Shown here: in pieces, positions 43,729 to 53,139 of the stretch
How the letters are laid out: each line of letters begins with the position of its first letter
Numbering within the stretch: the first letter of the stretch is position 1
Source of the DNA: an uncultured cyanobacterium
Lineage (GTDB): Bacteria; Cyanobacteriota; Cyanobacteriia; PCC-6307; Cyanobiaceae
Assembly (NCBI GenBank): GCA_963765575.1
Contig: CAVXWZ010000002.1
Span: 256,001 to 320,000 of the forward strand
Length of the DNA: 64,000 nt
Direction: 5' to 3'
Position numbers and translations under genes: made by a program
The notes under the pieces: generated by a model
Told to the model about the DNA's origin: nothing
Seen by the model: the letters and a program-made list of their open reading frames with translations, nothing else
The model's database searches: none

Positions 43729-44008
43729 ATGGGTCATTTGGGTGATAAGGCTGACCTCACCCCATCTCCCTTAGAGATGTCAGGCGGCCACGGGGGCGGG
43801 CTGACGGGAGAAACGAACGATGTTGTTCGCTGTTACGGGTTTGCTCTCACCGAGCAGGCTTCAGTCACTCTCCTCATGCCCCGTCGAAACCATTGCAGCC
43901 CCCTGATGGGCACCGGCGAAGACCGGGGCGGGGGGAATGGAGCTGAGCGGAATCGAACCGCTGTCCGAAACATTGGTGTAAGCCACCTAGTCCGGCCGAA
44001 ACCGGACT
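43707..44008 (-). ncRNA. ssrA: Permuted two-piece tmRNA gene; tag peptide ANNIVRFSRQPAPVAA*
   Basis: The T-arm and 3' acceptor strand (GGTTCGATTCC...CAGCTCCA, ending at 43938) lie upstream of the 5' end GGGGCTGCAATGGTTTCGACGGG (starting at 43902). G3:U70 pair present. Tag reading frame is 43830..43780. Outer ends are approximate. Confidence 0.93.
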
Positions 44009-44119
44009 CCTGCATTGTGGCAGCAAGCGTCGGGACAGGCGGGGGTGGGCATCACCGAACCGAGCCAGCGATCCAAGCCACGCAACCCCTTCTCTCCAGC
44101 CAGCAACCACAGCGAGCCG

Positions 44120-45280
44120 ATGAGCGACCTGATCAGCGCAGTGGCGGTGGTGCCACCCGGCCTGGAGCCGCCAGCGGCGGCTGAACTGGAGGCCCTGGGC
44201 TGCCGCGAGGTGATGCCCCGCCGGCGGGCGGTGGTCTTCCGCACGGATCTGGCCGGCTACTGCCGGCTGCACCTGCAGGCCCGCCTGCCCTTTCGGCTGC
44301 TGCGCGAGCTGGCCCGCTTCCCCTGCCGCAGCCGCGAGCAGCTCTACGCCGGCGTCCAGACGAGCATGCAGAGCCTCAGCCACTGGCGGCAGTGGCTGGC
44401 ACCGGAAGCCAGCCTGCGGGTCGATGCCAGCGGCACGGCCCCAGGGCTGAACCACAGCCACTACACCGCCCTGGAGGTGAAGAACGCCCTGGTGGATCTG
44501 CAGCGCCAGCAGTTCGGGCGGCGCTCCTCGGTGGATCTGGAGAATCCCGACCGCAGCTTCCACCTGCACCTGGGTGGCGGCGAGGCCGTGCTCAGCCTCG
44601 ATGGCAGCGGCACAAGCCTGCACCGGCGCGGCTATCGGGCCGCCGTGGGGCTGGCGCCCTTGAAGGAAAATCTGGCCGCCGGCCTGATCGCGCTCACGGG
44701 CTGGGATGGCTCGGTGCCCCTGGCCGATCCCCTCTGCGGCTCGGGCACCCTGCTGATCGAGGCCGCTTGCATGGTGCTGGGCCGCGCCCCGGGGCTGGGC
44801 CGCCACTTCGCCCTGGAGCGCTGGCCCGATGTCACGGCCGACCTCTGGCACCAGGAGCTGGAGGCGGCCCGGGGCCGCCACCGGGATCAGCTCGCCGATG
44901 GCCGCCCCCTGGCTCCCCTGCTGGGCCTGGAGCAGAACCCCGAGGTGCTGGAGCAGGCCCGCCACAACAGCGCCGCCGCAGGGGTGGCGCCCTGGATCAC
45001 CCTGCAGGCCGGCGACTGCCGCGACTTCCAGCCGCCCGCCGAACCCGGGGTGCTGGTGTGCAACCCGCCCTACGGCGAACGCCTCGGCGAGCCGGAGGCC
45101 CTGGAGGCGCTCTACACCGACCTCGGGGCGATGGTGAAGGAGCGCTGCTCCGGCTGGCAACTGTGGCTGCTGAGCGGCAATCCGCAGCTCAGCGGAGCCC
45201 TGCGCATGAAGGCCAGCCGGCGCATTCCGGTGAGCAACGGCGGCATCGACTGCCGCTGGCTGCTCTACGAGGTGCGCTGA
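44120..45280 (+). CDS. THUMP-domain RNA methyltransferase (RlmL/YpsC-like)
   Basis: SLHRRGYR, APLKENLAA, DPLCGSGT and NPPYGER motifs. Confidence 0.9.
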   Translation: MSDLISAVAVVPPGLEPPAAAELEALGCREVMPRRRAVVFRTDLAGYCRLHLQARLPFRLLRELARFPCRSREQLYAGVQTSMQSLSHWRQWLAPEASLRVDASGTAPGLNHSHYTALEVKNALVDLQRQQFGRRSSVDLENPDRSFHLHLGGGEAVLSLDGSGTSLHRRGYRAAVGLAPLKENLAAGLIALTGWDGSVPLADPLCGSGTLLIEAACMVLGRAPGLGRHFALERWPDVTADLWHQELEAARGRHRDQLADGRPLAPLLGLEQNPEVLEQARHNSAAAGVAPWITLQAGDCRDFQPPAEPGVLVCNPPYGERLGEPEALEALYTDLGAMVKERCSGWQLWLLSGNPQLSGALRMKASRRIPVSNGGIDCRWLLYEVR

Positions 45281-45283
45281 AGC

Positions 45284-45694
45284 TCAGCGGCCCAGCAGGG
45301 TGCGGGTGGTCTTGGTGATACCGGCGGTGGTCTCGGGCAGGTAGGGGCCCTTGGTGAGCTGGCCGCCGATGCGCAGGAACAGGCCCGCCAGCACCAGGTT
45401 GAGGGCCGCCAGGGCCAGGGCGCTCTGGATCCAGCTCCAGCCCATGCCCCCGGGCAGCCAGAGCAACAGGGCCACCTCGGCGGCGATCAGGGCCAGCAGC
45501 AGCAGCACCAGACCACCGCTGAGCAGCAGGGCGCCACTGATCAGTCGCCGCTTCTCCCGGTCGGCCTCCTGCAGCGCGATGCGCACATGCAGGTCCATCA
45601 CCGAGGTGACCAGGGAGCCCATCTTCCCCATGGCGCCCCGGGGCTTGTTATCGCCACCGCGGCCGTGCTCGCCTCTTCCCGCCACCGCGCTCAT
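45284..45694 (-). CDS. YqjE-like ('phage holin family') two-TM membrane protein
   Basis: LHVRIALQE helix, two TM helices and a LPET motif; translationally coupled to the upstream gene. Confidence 0.75.
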   Translation of the reverse strand: MSAVAGRGEHGRGGDNKPRGAMGKMGSLVTSVMDLHVRIALQEADREKRRLISGALLLSGGLVLLLLALIAAEVALLLWLPGGMGWSWIQSALALAALNLVLAGLFLRIGGQLTKGPYLPETTAGITKTTRTLLGR

Positions 45695-46227
45695 GCCGAC
45701 CGCCGGCCCGAAGCCAGCACCAGACCAATCACCACACCCACACCGGCGGCAATGCCGATGGCCATCAGCGGCCGCTCACGCACCGGCTTCTCGATGCGGG
45801 GCCGCAGGGTGGCGTTGAGCTCATCGAGCAACCCCTCCAGCTGCTGCTCCAGGGGTTCGAGCGACTCCGCCAGGCGATGGGTCTGGTCCCCCGCCACGTC
45901 GGCCAGCTCCAGCAGCTGGCGGCGCACCACGGTGGCGGTGCGGCCGCTCTGCTCGGCGATCACATGGGTGACGTCGTCAAAACTGCCGCGGGTGGCCTCG
46001 AGGGTGTGGCGTGCCACCTCCGGCCAGCGCCGCTGGATCCGGGGCAGGAGGGTCTCGAACCGCTCCCGAAAGCCCTCGGCCAGGGCCTGGGCCGCCCAGC
46101 CATCAGACCTCGATGCCGATGGCTCTGCACCAGGCGCAGGGCCATCGGCTGGGCCGTCGGGGAGGCCAGAGCCAGTGGTGGGGTGGTCGCTGCTGCTGGT
46201 CTCGTTGGCGCTGGGGTCGCTGGTCAT
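45691..46227 (-). CDS. YqjD/ElaB-like tail-anchored protein with a CsbD-like N-terminal part
   Basis: C-terminal VRERPLMAIGIAAGVGVVIGLVL-SGRRS signature; ATG at 46227. Confidence 0.72.
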   Translation of the reverse strand: MTSDPSANETSSSDHPTTGSGLPDGPADGPAPGAEPSASRSDGWAAQALAEGFRERFETLLPRIQRRWPEVARHTLEATRGSFDDVTHVIAEQSGRTATVVRRQLLELADVAGDQTHRLAESLEPLEQQLEGLLDELNATLRPRIEKPVRERPLMAIGIAAGVGVVIGLVLASGRRSA

Positions 46228-46397
46228 AGGGGAGTCGCAGGCCGGTCGATCAGAGGGCGTATGGGCCCGGTGGGCGGATGGGCCCGGAGGGCGGATGGTT
46301 GGCTGCCCGTTTGGCGGGCGGCCTGTTTTCAAACTAGGCAGGGGCTTGAGCTTGCGAAACCCTCCGCTACATTTCGGCTGCTCGGCGCCCGGGCCTG

Positions 46398-49300
46398 TTG
46401 GTTCTCATCAATCAGGTCGAGCTGCATCAGTTCAAGTCGTTCGGCGGATCGCTGTCGATTCCGCTGGACAACGGCTTCACGGTGGTCACCGGCCCGAACG
46501 GGTCCGGCAAGAGCAACATCCTCGATGCGGTGCTGTTCTGCCTGGGCCTGGCCAGCAGCCGCGGCATGCGCGCCGAACGGCTGCCGGACCTGATCAACAG
46601 CTCCATGGTGCGGGCCGGTCGGGCGGCCGAAACCGTGGTCAGCGTGCGCTTCGATCTGCACGACTGGCAGCCCGATGAGGCCGAAGCCGGCCTGGATCCA
46701 GCGGAGGACGGCCCCTGGATCCGTCCGGGCCAGAAGCAATGGACCGTGAGCCGGCGGCTGCGGGTGGCGCCGGGCGGCACCTACGCCAGCAGCTACAGCG
46801 CCGACGGCGTGCCCTGCAACCTGCAGCAGCTGCAGACCCAGCTGCGCCGCCTGCGGGTGGACCCGGAGGGCAGCAACGTGGTGATGCAGGGCGATGTCAC
46901 CCGCATCGTCTCGATGGGTGCCCGCGACCGGCGCACGATCATCGATGAGCTGGCCGGGGTGGCCCTGTTCGACAGCCGCATCGAGCAGAGCCGCGCCAAA
47001 CTCGAGGAGGTGCAGGAACGCCAGGAGCGCTGCGGCATCGTCCAGCAGGAGCTGCTGGCCGCCCGCCAGAAGCTGGAGCGCGACTGCGCCAAGGCCCGCA
47101 CCTATCAGGAGTTGCGCGCCCGCCTGCAGGCGGGCCGACGGCAGGAACAGCTGCTCGGTTTTGAGGCCGCCCGCGCGGCGGTGGAGCAGCTGGAACGCCG
47201 CCGGCACGACCTGCAGAGCCGCGAGCACAGCGAGCGGGAGGCGATCAGCGCCGCCGAAGCGGCCGTCGCCGCCGCCGCCTGCGCCCTCGAGGAGCTCCAG
47301 GCGGAGGTGAAGGCCCTCGGGGAAGATCAGCTGCTGGCTGTGCAGGCGGAGCTGGCGGGCCTGGAGGCCGGCGGCCGGGAGCTGGCCCGGCAGGCCGAAC
47401 GGCACCAGCAGCAGGCGGAGAGCCTGCAGCGCCAGCGCCAGGACCTGGGCACGCGCCAGGCGGAGCTGCGCCGCCAGCAGCAGGAGCTGGAGGCCAGCGA
47501 CGACACGGCCGAGCTGGAGGCCGCTGAAGCGGCCTGCCGCGGGGCCGAAGCGGCTGTGGAGCTCTCGCGCCGCCGGCTCGGCGAAGTGGCCGGCCGCTCC
47601 GGCAGCTGGCTGGAGGAGCAGAAACGCCGCAGCCAGGAGCGCCAGGGGCTGGGAGAGCGGATCAGCCCCCTGGAGGCCGAAGGCCAGCAACTGCGCGAGC
47701 GCTGCCGCCAACACGACAGCCGCTGCGCCGAGCTCGACGCCGAGCAGCGCCAGGAGGCTGAGGCCCTGGAGCAGGCGCAGGCCCAGCTGGAGGCCCTCGA
47801 CCTGGAGCTGCGGCAGCGCGGCCAGCGCCGCAGCGGCGGCGAGGGTGAGATCCAGGCGCTGGCCGAAGCCCTGGCCCTGCAGCAGCGCACCCGCAGCCGG
47901 CTGGAGCAGGAGCAAGCTCAGCTGGAGAAGGAGATCGCCCGTCTCGACAGCCGCCGCGACACCCTGCAGGAAAGCCGCGGCACCGGCGCCCTGCGGGTGC
48001 TTCTGGAGGCCGGACTGGCCGGCATCCACGGGCCGGTGGCCCAGCTGGGCGAGGTGCAGGAGCGCTATCGCCTGGCGCTGGAGGTGGCCGCCGGCGCCCG
48101 CCTGGCCCAGGTGGTGGTGGACGACGACAGCATCGCCGCCCGGGCGATCGACGTGCTGCGCCAGCGCCGCGCTGGCCGGCTCACCTTCCTGCCGCTCAAC
48201 AAGATCCGCGGCGGCTCGGGCTCAAGCGCTGCCGCCGCCCTGCAGCGGGGCGGCCCGGCGGCCGGCGGTGCCGGACTGGTGGGCCGGGCCCTCGATCTGG
48301 TGGGGCACGAGCCCGTCTACGCCGAAGTGTTCCGCTACGTGTTCGGCGACACGCTGGTGTTCAGCGACCTGGCGAGCGCCCGCCGGGAACTCGGTCGCTG
48401 CCGGGCGGTGACCCTCGACGGCGAACTGCTGGAGCGCAGCGGTGCCATGACCGGCGGCAGCCTGCAGCAGCGCTCCGGCCAGCTGGGCTTCGGCCGTGGC
48501 CCGGAGGGTGATGAGGCCGCGCCCCTGCGGCGACGGCTGCTGGAGGTGGGCGAGAGCCTGGTGGCCTGCCGCCGCCGGGAAGCGGAGCTGGCCGGCCAGC
48601 TGGACAGCCTGCGCCCCGAACTCACCGCTCTCCAGCAGCGCCAGGCGGCACTGGAGGCGGAGTGCGGCAGCGCCCGGCGCGCCCTCGCCCCGCGCTTGCA
48701 GCACCAGCAGCAGCGCGGCCAGCGGCTGCAGCAGCTGCAGGCGGCCCTGGACGCCGATCGGCTGCGCCTGCAGGCGCTGGAAGGGGAGCTGGAGCCACTG
48801 CAGCGGCAACTGCAGGCACTGCAGCTGGCGGAGGCCCAGGCTGACGGCGGTGATGACGCCGCCCGCTGGGGTGGCCTGCAGCGGGACCTGGAAGCCGCCG
48901 ACCAGGAGCTGGGGGCGGCGCGCCTGCAACGCGACCGCTTGCTGGCCGCCCGCCGCGAGCGGGCCCTGGCCGTCGAGCGCTTGCACCAGCAGTTCGAGGC
49001 TCTGGCCGCCGAGGAACAGCGGCTGGTGGGCGCGGTGCAGGCCCTGGTGGAGGAGCGCCAGCAGTGGAAGGACCGCCAGCAGGCGGAGCAGCAGCAGCGC
49101 CAGGACCTGGAAGGGCGGCAGAGCGAGCTGCAGACCCGCTTCGGCGAGCGGCGGCGGGCCCGGGATGCGGCCGAGGCCGCGGTGGCCACCCAGCGTCAGC
49201 AGCTGCAGCAGCGGCAGTGGGAGCTGCAGCGGCTCGGGCAGGAGCTGCAGTCGCTGCTGGAGCAGCGACGCAGCGAGACCCTGCGCCTGGAGCAGCTGCA

Positions 49301-50000
49301 GCGGGAGCTGCCCAACCCCCTGCCCGAGGTTCCCGCAGAGGTGCGGGCAGCGGGGCTGGAGGCCCTGCAGGCCGAGCTGCGCAGCCTGCAGGGCCGCATG
49401 GAGGCGCTGGAGCCGGTGAACATGCTGGCCCTGGAGGAACTGGAGCAGCTCGAAGGGCGCCTGGCCGACCTGGAGCAGCGCCTGGCGGTCCTCAGCCAGG
49501 AGCGGGAGGAGCTGCTGCTGCGCATCGAAACCGTGGCCACCCTGCGTCAGGAGGCCTTCATGGAGGCCTTCAACGCGGTGGATGGCCATTTCCGCACGAT
49601 CTTCGCCGAGCTCTCCGAAGGCGAGGGCTATCTGCAGCTGGAGGATCCCGAGGCGCCCCTGGAGGGAGGACTCACCCTGGTGGCCCATCCCAAGGGCAAG
49701 GCGGTGCGGCGGCTGAACGCCATGAGCGGCGGCGAGAAGTCGCTCACGGCCCTGAGCTTCCTGTTCGCGCTGCAGCGCTTCCGCCCTTCCCCCTTCTATG
49801 CCTTCGATGAGGTGGACAGCTTCCTCGACGGGGTCAACGTGGAACGCCTGGCCGGACTGATCGCCCGCCAGGCCGAGCAGGCCCAGTTCATGGTGGTGAG
49901 CCACCGGCGGCCGATGATCGCCGCGGCCACCCGCACCATCGGCGTCACCCAGGCCCGCGGCGCCCACACGCAGGTGGTGGGTTTACCGCCAGCCGCATAA
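46398..50000 (+). CDS. smc: Chromosome segregation protein SMC
   Basis: FKSF, GPNGSGKSN, hinge (GIHGPVAQLG; VTLDGELLERSGAMTGG), MSGGEKS and FDEVDSFLD motifs. Confidence 0.97.
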   Translation: MVLINQVELHQFKSFGGSLSIPLDNGFTVVTGPNGSGKSNILDAVLFCLGLASSRGMRAERLPDLINSSMVRAGRAAETVVSVRFDLHDWQPDEAEAGLDPAEDGPWIRPGQKQWTVSRRLRVAPGGTYASSYSADGVPCNLQQLQTQLRRLRVDPEGSNVVMQGDVTRIVSMGARDRRTIIDELAGVALFDSRIEQSRAKLEEVQERQERCGIVQQELLAARQKLERDCAKARTYQELRARLQAGRRQEQLLGFEAARAAVEQLERRRHDLQSREHSEREAISAAEAAVAAAACALEELQAEVKALGEDQLLAVQAELAGLEAGGRELARQAERHQQQAESLQRQRQDLGTRQAELRRQQQELEASDDTAELEAAEAACRGAEAAVELSRRRLGEVAGRSGSWLEEQKRRSQERQGLGERISPLEAEGQQLRERCRQHDSRCAELDAEQRQEAEALEQAQAQLEALDLELRQRGQRRSGGEGEIQALAEALALQQRTRSRLEQEQAQLEKEIARLDSRRDTLQESRGTGALRVLLEAGLAGIHGPVAQLGEVQERYRLALEVAAGARLAQVVVDDDSIAARAIDVLRQRRAGRLTFLPLNKIRGGSGSSAAAALQRGGPAAGGAGLVGRALDLVGHEPVYAEVFRYVFGDTLVFSDLASARRELGRCRAVTLDGELLERSGAMTGGSLQQRSGQLGFGRGPEGDEAAPLRRRLLEVGESLVACRRREAELAGQLDSLRPELTALQQRQAALEAECGSARRALAPRLQHQQQRGQRLQQLQAALDADRLRLQALEGELEPLQRQLQALQLAEAQADGGDDAARWGGLQRDLEAADQELGAARLQRDRLLAARRERALAVERLHQQFEALAAEEQRLVGAVQALVEERQQWKDRQQAEQQQRQDLEGRQSELQTRFGERRRARDAAEAAVATQRQQLQQRQWELQRLGQELQSLLEQRRSETLRLEQLQRELPNPLPEVPAEVRAAGLEALQAELRSLQGRMEALEPVNMLALEELEQLEGRLADLEQRLAVLSQEREELLLRIETVATLRQEAFMEAFNAVDGHFRTIFAELSEGEGYLQLEDPEAPLEGGLTLVAHPKGKAVRRLNAMSGGEKSLTALSFLFALQRFRPSPFYAFDEVDSFLDGVNVERLAGLIARQAEQAQFMVVSHRRPMIAAATRTIGVTQARGAHTQVVGLPPAA

Positions 50001-50027
50001 CCAATGGCTCTGGGGGAGAATGCGCCC

Positions 50028-51050
50028 ATGACCAGCACACCGCCCGGGGGCGATCGGCTCGCCCCGTCCAGTGATCCCCTGGCCGATCCCCCCAGCGACA
50101 GGCTCTGGCTGCGCTCCGAGCTGATGGGCACCCAGGTGATCACCCGCGACAGCGGTCGCCGCCTCGGCGTGGTGGGTGAAGTGGTGGTGGACATCGACCG
50201 CCGCGAAGTGGTGGCCCTGGGGCTGCGCGACAACCCGCTCACCCGCTTCCTGCCGGGCCTGCCCCGCTGGATGACACTCGACCGCATCCGCCAGGTGGGC
50301 GATGTGATCCTGGTGGACGCGGTCGATTCGCTGGCGGAGGGCTTCAACCCGGAGCGCTACAGCAAGGTGATCAACTGCCAGGTGGTCACCGAGGCGGGGG
50401 AGCAGCTGGGCAAGGTGCTCGGCTTCAGCTTCGACATCGAAACCGGTGAGCTCACCACCCTGGTGCTGGGCGCCCTGGGGGTGCCCCTGCTGGGTGAGGG
50501 CGTGCTCAGCACCTGGGAGCTGCCGGTGCAGGAAATCGTGAGCAGCGGCAGCGACCGGATCATTGTCTACGAGGGAGCTGAGGACAAGCTCAAGCAGCTG
50601 GGCAGCGGCCTGCTCGAGAAACTCGGCATCGGTGGCCCCAGCTGGGAGCAGGAGGAGCGCCAGCGCTACCGCGGTGCGATGGTGCCGGTGGAGAACCAGC
50701 TGGCCGCTGGCTTGCCCGCAGCCCAGGAGCAGCGCCGCATCCAGCCCGCCAGCGCCCGCGCCTTCGAGACCGAAGACGACTACGACTACGTCGAAGTGGC
50801 GGAGCGCCGCGAGCGCGAGCCGTTGCGCCAGCGCCGCTACCTCGACGAGGACGAGGAGCCCCGCGGGCGACCGCCCCGGGATCTGGACGAGCCCGAACCC
50901 CGGCGGCCGCGGCCACCGCAGCGTCGCCCGGCCGAGCGCGACTCAGGAGGAGAGCCGGGGCTGGAGCGCCCCCTGCGCCGCCGGCCGCCGGCACCGGCGA
51001 ACCGGGAGCCGCTGGATGTGGAGGCCGACGACCTGGCTGATCCCTGGTGA
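50028..51050 (+). CDS. Tandem PRC-barrel domain protein with a disordered charged tail
   Basis: Two PRC-like repeats (LMGTQVITRDSGRRLGVV; INCQVVTEAGEQLGKV). Alternative start at 50004. Confidence 0.85.
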   Translation: MTSTPPGGDRLAPSSDPLADPPSDRLWLRSELMGTQVITRDSGRRLGVVGEVVVDIDRREVVALGLRDNPLTRFLPGLPRWMTLDRIRQVGDVILVDAVDSLAEGFNPERYSKVINCQVVTEAGEQLGKVLGFSFDIETGELTTLVLGALGVPLLGEGVLSTWELPVQEIVSSGSDRIIVYEGAEDKLKQLGSGLLEKLGIGGPSWEQEERQRYRGAMVPVENQLAAGLPAAQEQRRIQPASARAFETEDDYDYVEVAERREREPLRQRRYLDEDEEPRGRPPRDLDEPEPRRPRPPQRRPAERDSGGEPGLERPLRRRPPAPANREPLDVEADDLADPW

Positions 51051-51092
51051 CGAGGCGGCCACCAGGGCCGTAGACACCTGGGCCCGGCAGGC

Positions 51093-51563
51093 TCAGCCAG
51101 CCTTGAACTCCAGCGAAGCCGAGTTGACGCAGTAGCGCTGGCCGCTGGGGGCGGGCCCATCCCCGAACACATGGCCCAGGTGCGCTTCGCAGCTGGCGCA
51201 GCGGATCTCGGTGCGCACCATGCCGTGGCTGCTGTCCGTCAGGGTGGTGATCGCCTTGGCATCGACGCCGTCCCAGAAGCTGGGCCAACCGGTGCCGGAC
51301 TCGAACTTGGTGGTGCTGCTGAACAGGGGCGCGTCGCAGCACACGCAGTGGTAGGTGCCGCCGGCCTTGTGGTTCCAGTACTGGCCGCTGAAGGCCCGCT
51401 CCGTGCCGCCCTGGCGGGTGATGCGGAACTGCTCGGGGCTGAGCTTCTGGCGCCACACCTCCTCGCGGGCGTCGCGGCTGAGGCCGCTGTCGAGACCGCA
51501 GGCCGTGGCTGTGTTGGACGGGGCTGTGTTGGGCGGGGCGGGGTTGGGCGCGGACTCGGGCAT
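51093..51563 (-). CDS. msrB: Peptide-methionine (R)-sulfoxide reductase MsrB
   Basis: GTERAFSG, SGTGWPSF, HLGHVFGDGP and RYCVNS motifs. Confidence 0.96.
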   Translation of the reverse strand: MPESAPNPAPPNTAPSNTATACGLDSGLSRDAREEVWRQKLSPEQFRITRQGGTERAFSGQYWNHKAGGTYHCVCCDAPLFSSTTKFESGTGWPSFWDGVDAKAITTLTDSSHGMVRTEIRCASCEAHLGHVFGDGPAPSGQRYCVNSASLEFKAG

Positions 51564-51592
51564 GGAGGGGGGGTCGCTTGGCTGTTCAGACC

Positions 51593-52858
51593 CTAGGAAT
51601 CGTCGCCATCCAGCGGCAGCAACTCGCACACCAGGCTGACCAGGGCAGCCACCGCTCCCCCGCCGCCAGCCTTGCCGCGCAGGCGGCGCAGGTCCTGACG
51701 CAGGGCCTCCAGCCGCTCAGGGCGGGCCAACCAGTCGGCACTCTCGGCGGCGATCTCCGCCGGGGTGATCGCCCCCACCCGCTCGGGCACCACCATCCGG
51801 CCGGCGTCGATGTTCGGCAGGGCCAGCAGGTGCCGCCGCCGCAGCCGCCAGGCGGTGACAGCCAGGCCCAGCAATTGGCCCAGCCCCGGCAGCCGCGCCA
51901 GCCAACCCACCAGCCCGTCCCAGGCCCGCATCACCTCGGGATGCTGGGTGGGCAGCAGCACCAGCATCGGCACCGCCAGGGCAGCCAGCTCAGCGGTATT
52001 GGCGCCCACCGTGGTGAGGGCAAGGGCGCACTGGCGCAGGGGCCCCTCGGCCGGGGCTGAACGCGTGAGCTCGATGCGGGTGCCGGCAGGGGTGAGCAGG
52101 GCCTGGCCCTCCTGCTCCACCAATGCCGAAGGCCGCTGCCGGGGCACCCCGGCGCCATAGGCACCGGCGATGGGATTGCCGGCCCCGGCACTGTGCAGCA
52201 GCTCGGCCAGGCTGGTGGTGGGCGCCAGGGGCAGCAGGAATCGGCAGCCCGGCCGCAGCGCCGCCAGCCGATCGGCGGTCTCCAGCAGAAAGGGCACGCC
52301 CACCACCAACTTGGCCGGTTTGGACCCCGGCAGCAGGGCGACCCACTCGCCAGAGGGCAGGGGGCCGGCGTGGCGGGCCTGGTCGCCGGTCGCCGCCGCC
52401 AGGTCGCCCACCACCGTGCAGCGGCGGCGCCAGCGCGGGGCGAGGCGCTCGCTGACCCGCGGTCCCATGGCGGCGATGCGATCGTTCCAGCGCGGCCAGC
52501 GCGCCAGCCATTCGGCATAGGTGAGGTGCCGGTAGCCCAGCCGTGCCGAGAGCAGCACGGTCCAGAGCTGGTCGCCCCCCAGAAACACCACCACCCCCCG
52601 GCGGGGCCAGGGGCCCCGGGCGCCGGGCCGCAGCAGCAGGGACCAGAAGCGGCGGGCCGGCGTGATGCGCTCAAACAGCGACCAGGCCGCCGCCACCCGG
52701 TGCTCGCGACCGGTGCCGTTGGGGCAGGGCACCAGCACCAGGTGCAACGCGCCCAGCGCCCCTGGGCAGGTGGGCCGCAGCGCCAGCCGCCGGTGCAGCG
52801 CCTGGGCCAGGGGCCGCACCCAGGTGGCGAGTTCGCCAGGGCCGTTGCTCACCAGCAC
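51593..52858 (-). CDS. Lipid-A-disaccharide synthase (LpxB)-related glycosyltransferase
   Basis: SNGPGE, LLPGSK, GANTAELA and LALPNI..GRMVVPE motifs. Confidence 0.8.
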   Translation of the reverse strand: MLVSNGPGELATWVRPLAQALHRRLALRPTCPGALGALHLVLVPCPNGTGREHRVAAAWSLFERITPARRFWSLLLRPGARGPWPRRGVVVFLGGDQLWTVLLSARLGYRHLTYAEWLARWPRWNDRIAAMGPRVSERLAPRWRRRCTVVGDLAAATGDQARHAGPLPSGEWVALLPGSKPAKLVVGVPFLLETADRLAALRPGCRFLLPLAPTTSLAELLHSAGAGNPIAGAYGAGVPRQRPSALVEQEGQALLTPAGTRIELTRSAPAEGPLRQCALALTTVGANTAELAALAVPMLVLLPTQHPEVMRAWDGLVGWLARLPGLGQLLGLAVTAWRLRRRHLLALPNIDAGRMVVPERVGAITPAEIAAESADWLARPERLEALRQDLRRLRGKAGGGGAVAALVSLVCELLPLDGDDS

Positions 52859-52904
52859 GATGGCGAACGGTTCAGGCGTGGCGGCTCAGGGCTGAAGGAA
52901 AAAG

Positions 52905-52986
52905 TGCGGATGGCGAGACTTGAACTCGCAAGGCCGAAGCCACACGCCCCTCAAACGTGCGTGTCTACCAATTCCACCACATCCGC
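52905..52986 (-). tRNA. tRNA-Leu(GAG)
   Basis: GCGGATGTGGTGGAATTGGTAGACACGCACGTTTGAGGGGCGTG...GAGTTCAAGTCTCGCCATCCGCA, with a long variable arm. Confidence 0.96.
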
Positions 52987-53139
52987 TGGTGTACCGGGCG
53001 GGACGCGGATCCAGCACCGGTTGGCGCGCCAGGGCGCGACGCCCCGCAATATACCCATCACCCTCCCCGGCGAACCCGGGGGCTGGTGTGTCAACGCTGA
53101 TACAGTCCGCTGCGGCCTGGTTGAACAGAGACGCGCCGC

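Noticed and set aside
43729..44184. Protein-coding ORFs over 43.7-44.2 kb
   Set aside because: They overlap the tmRNA gene.
45284..45694. 'Phage holin' as evidence of a prophage
   Set aside because: It is a YqjE-like cellular family member, with no endolysin, integrase or structural genes nearby.
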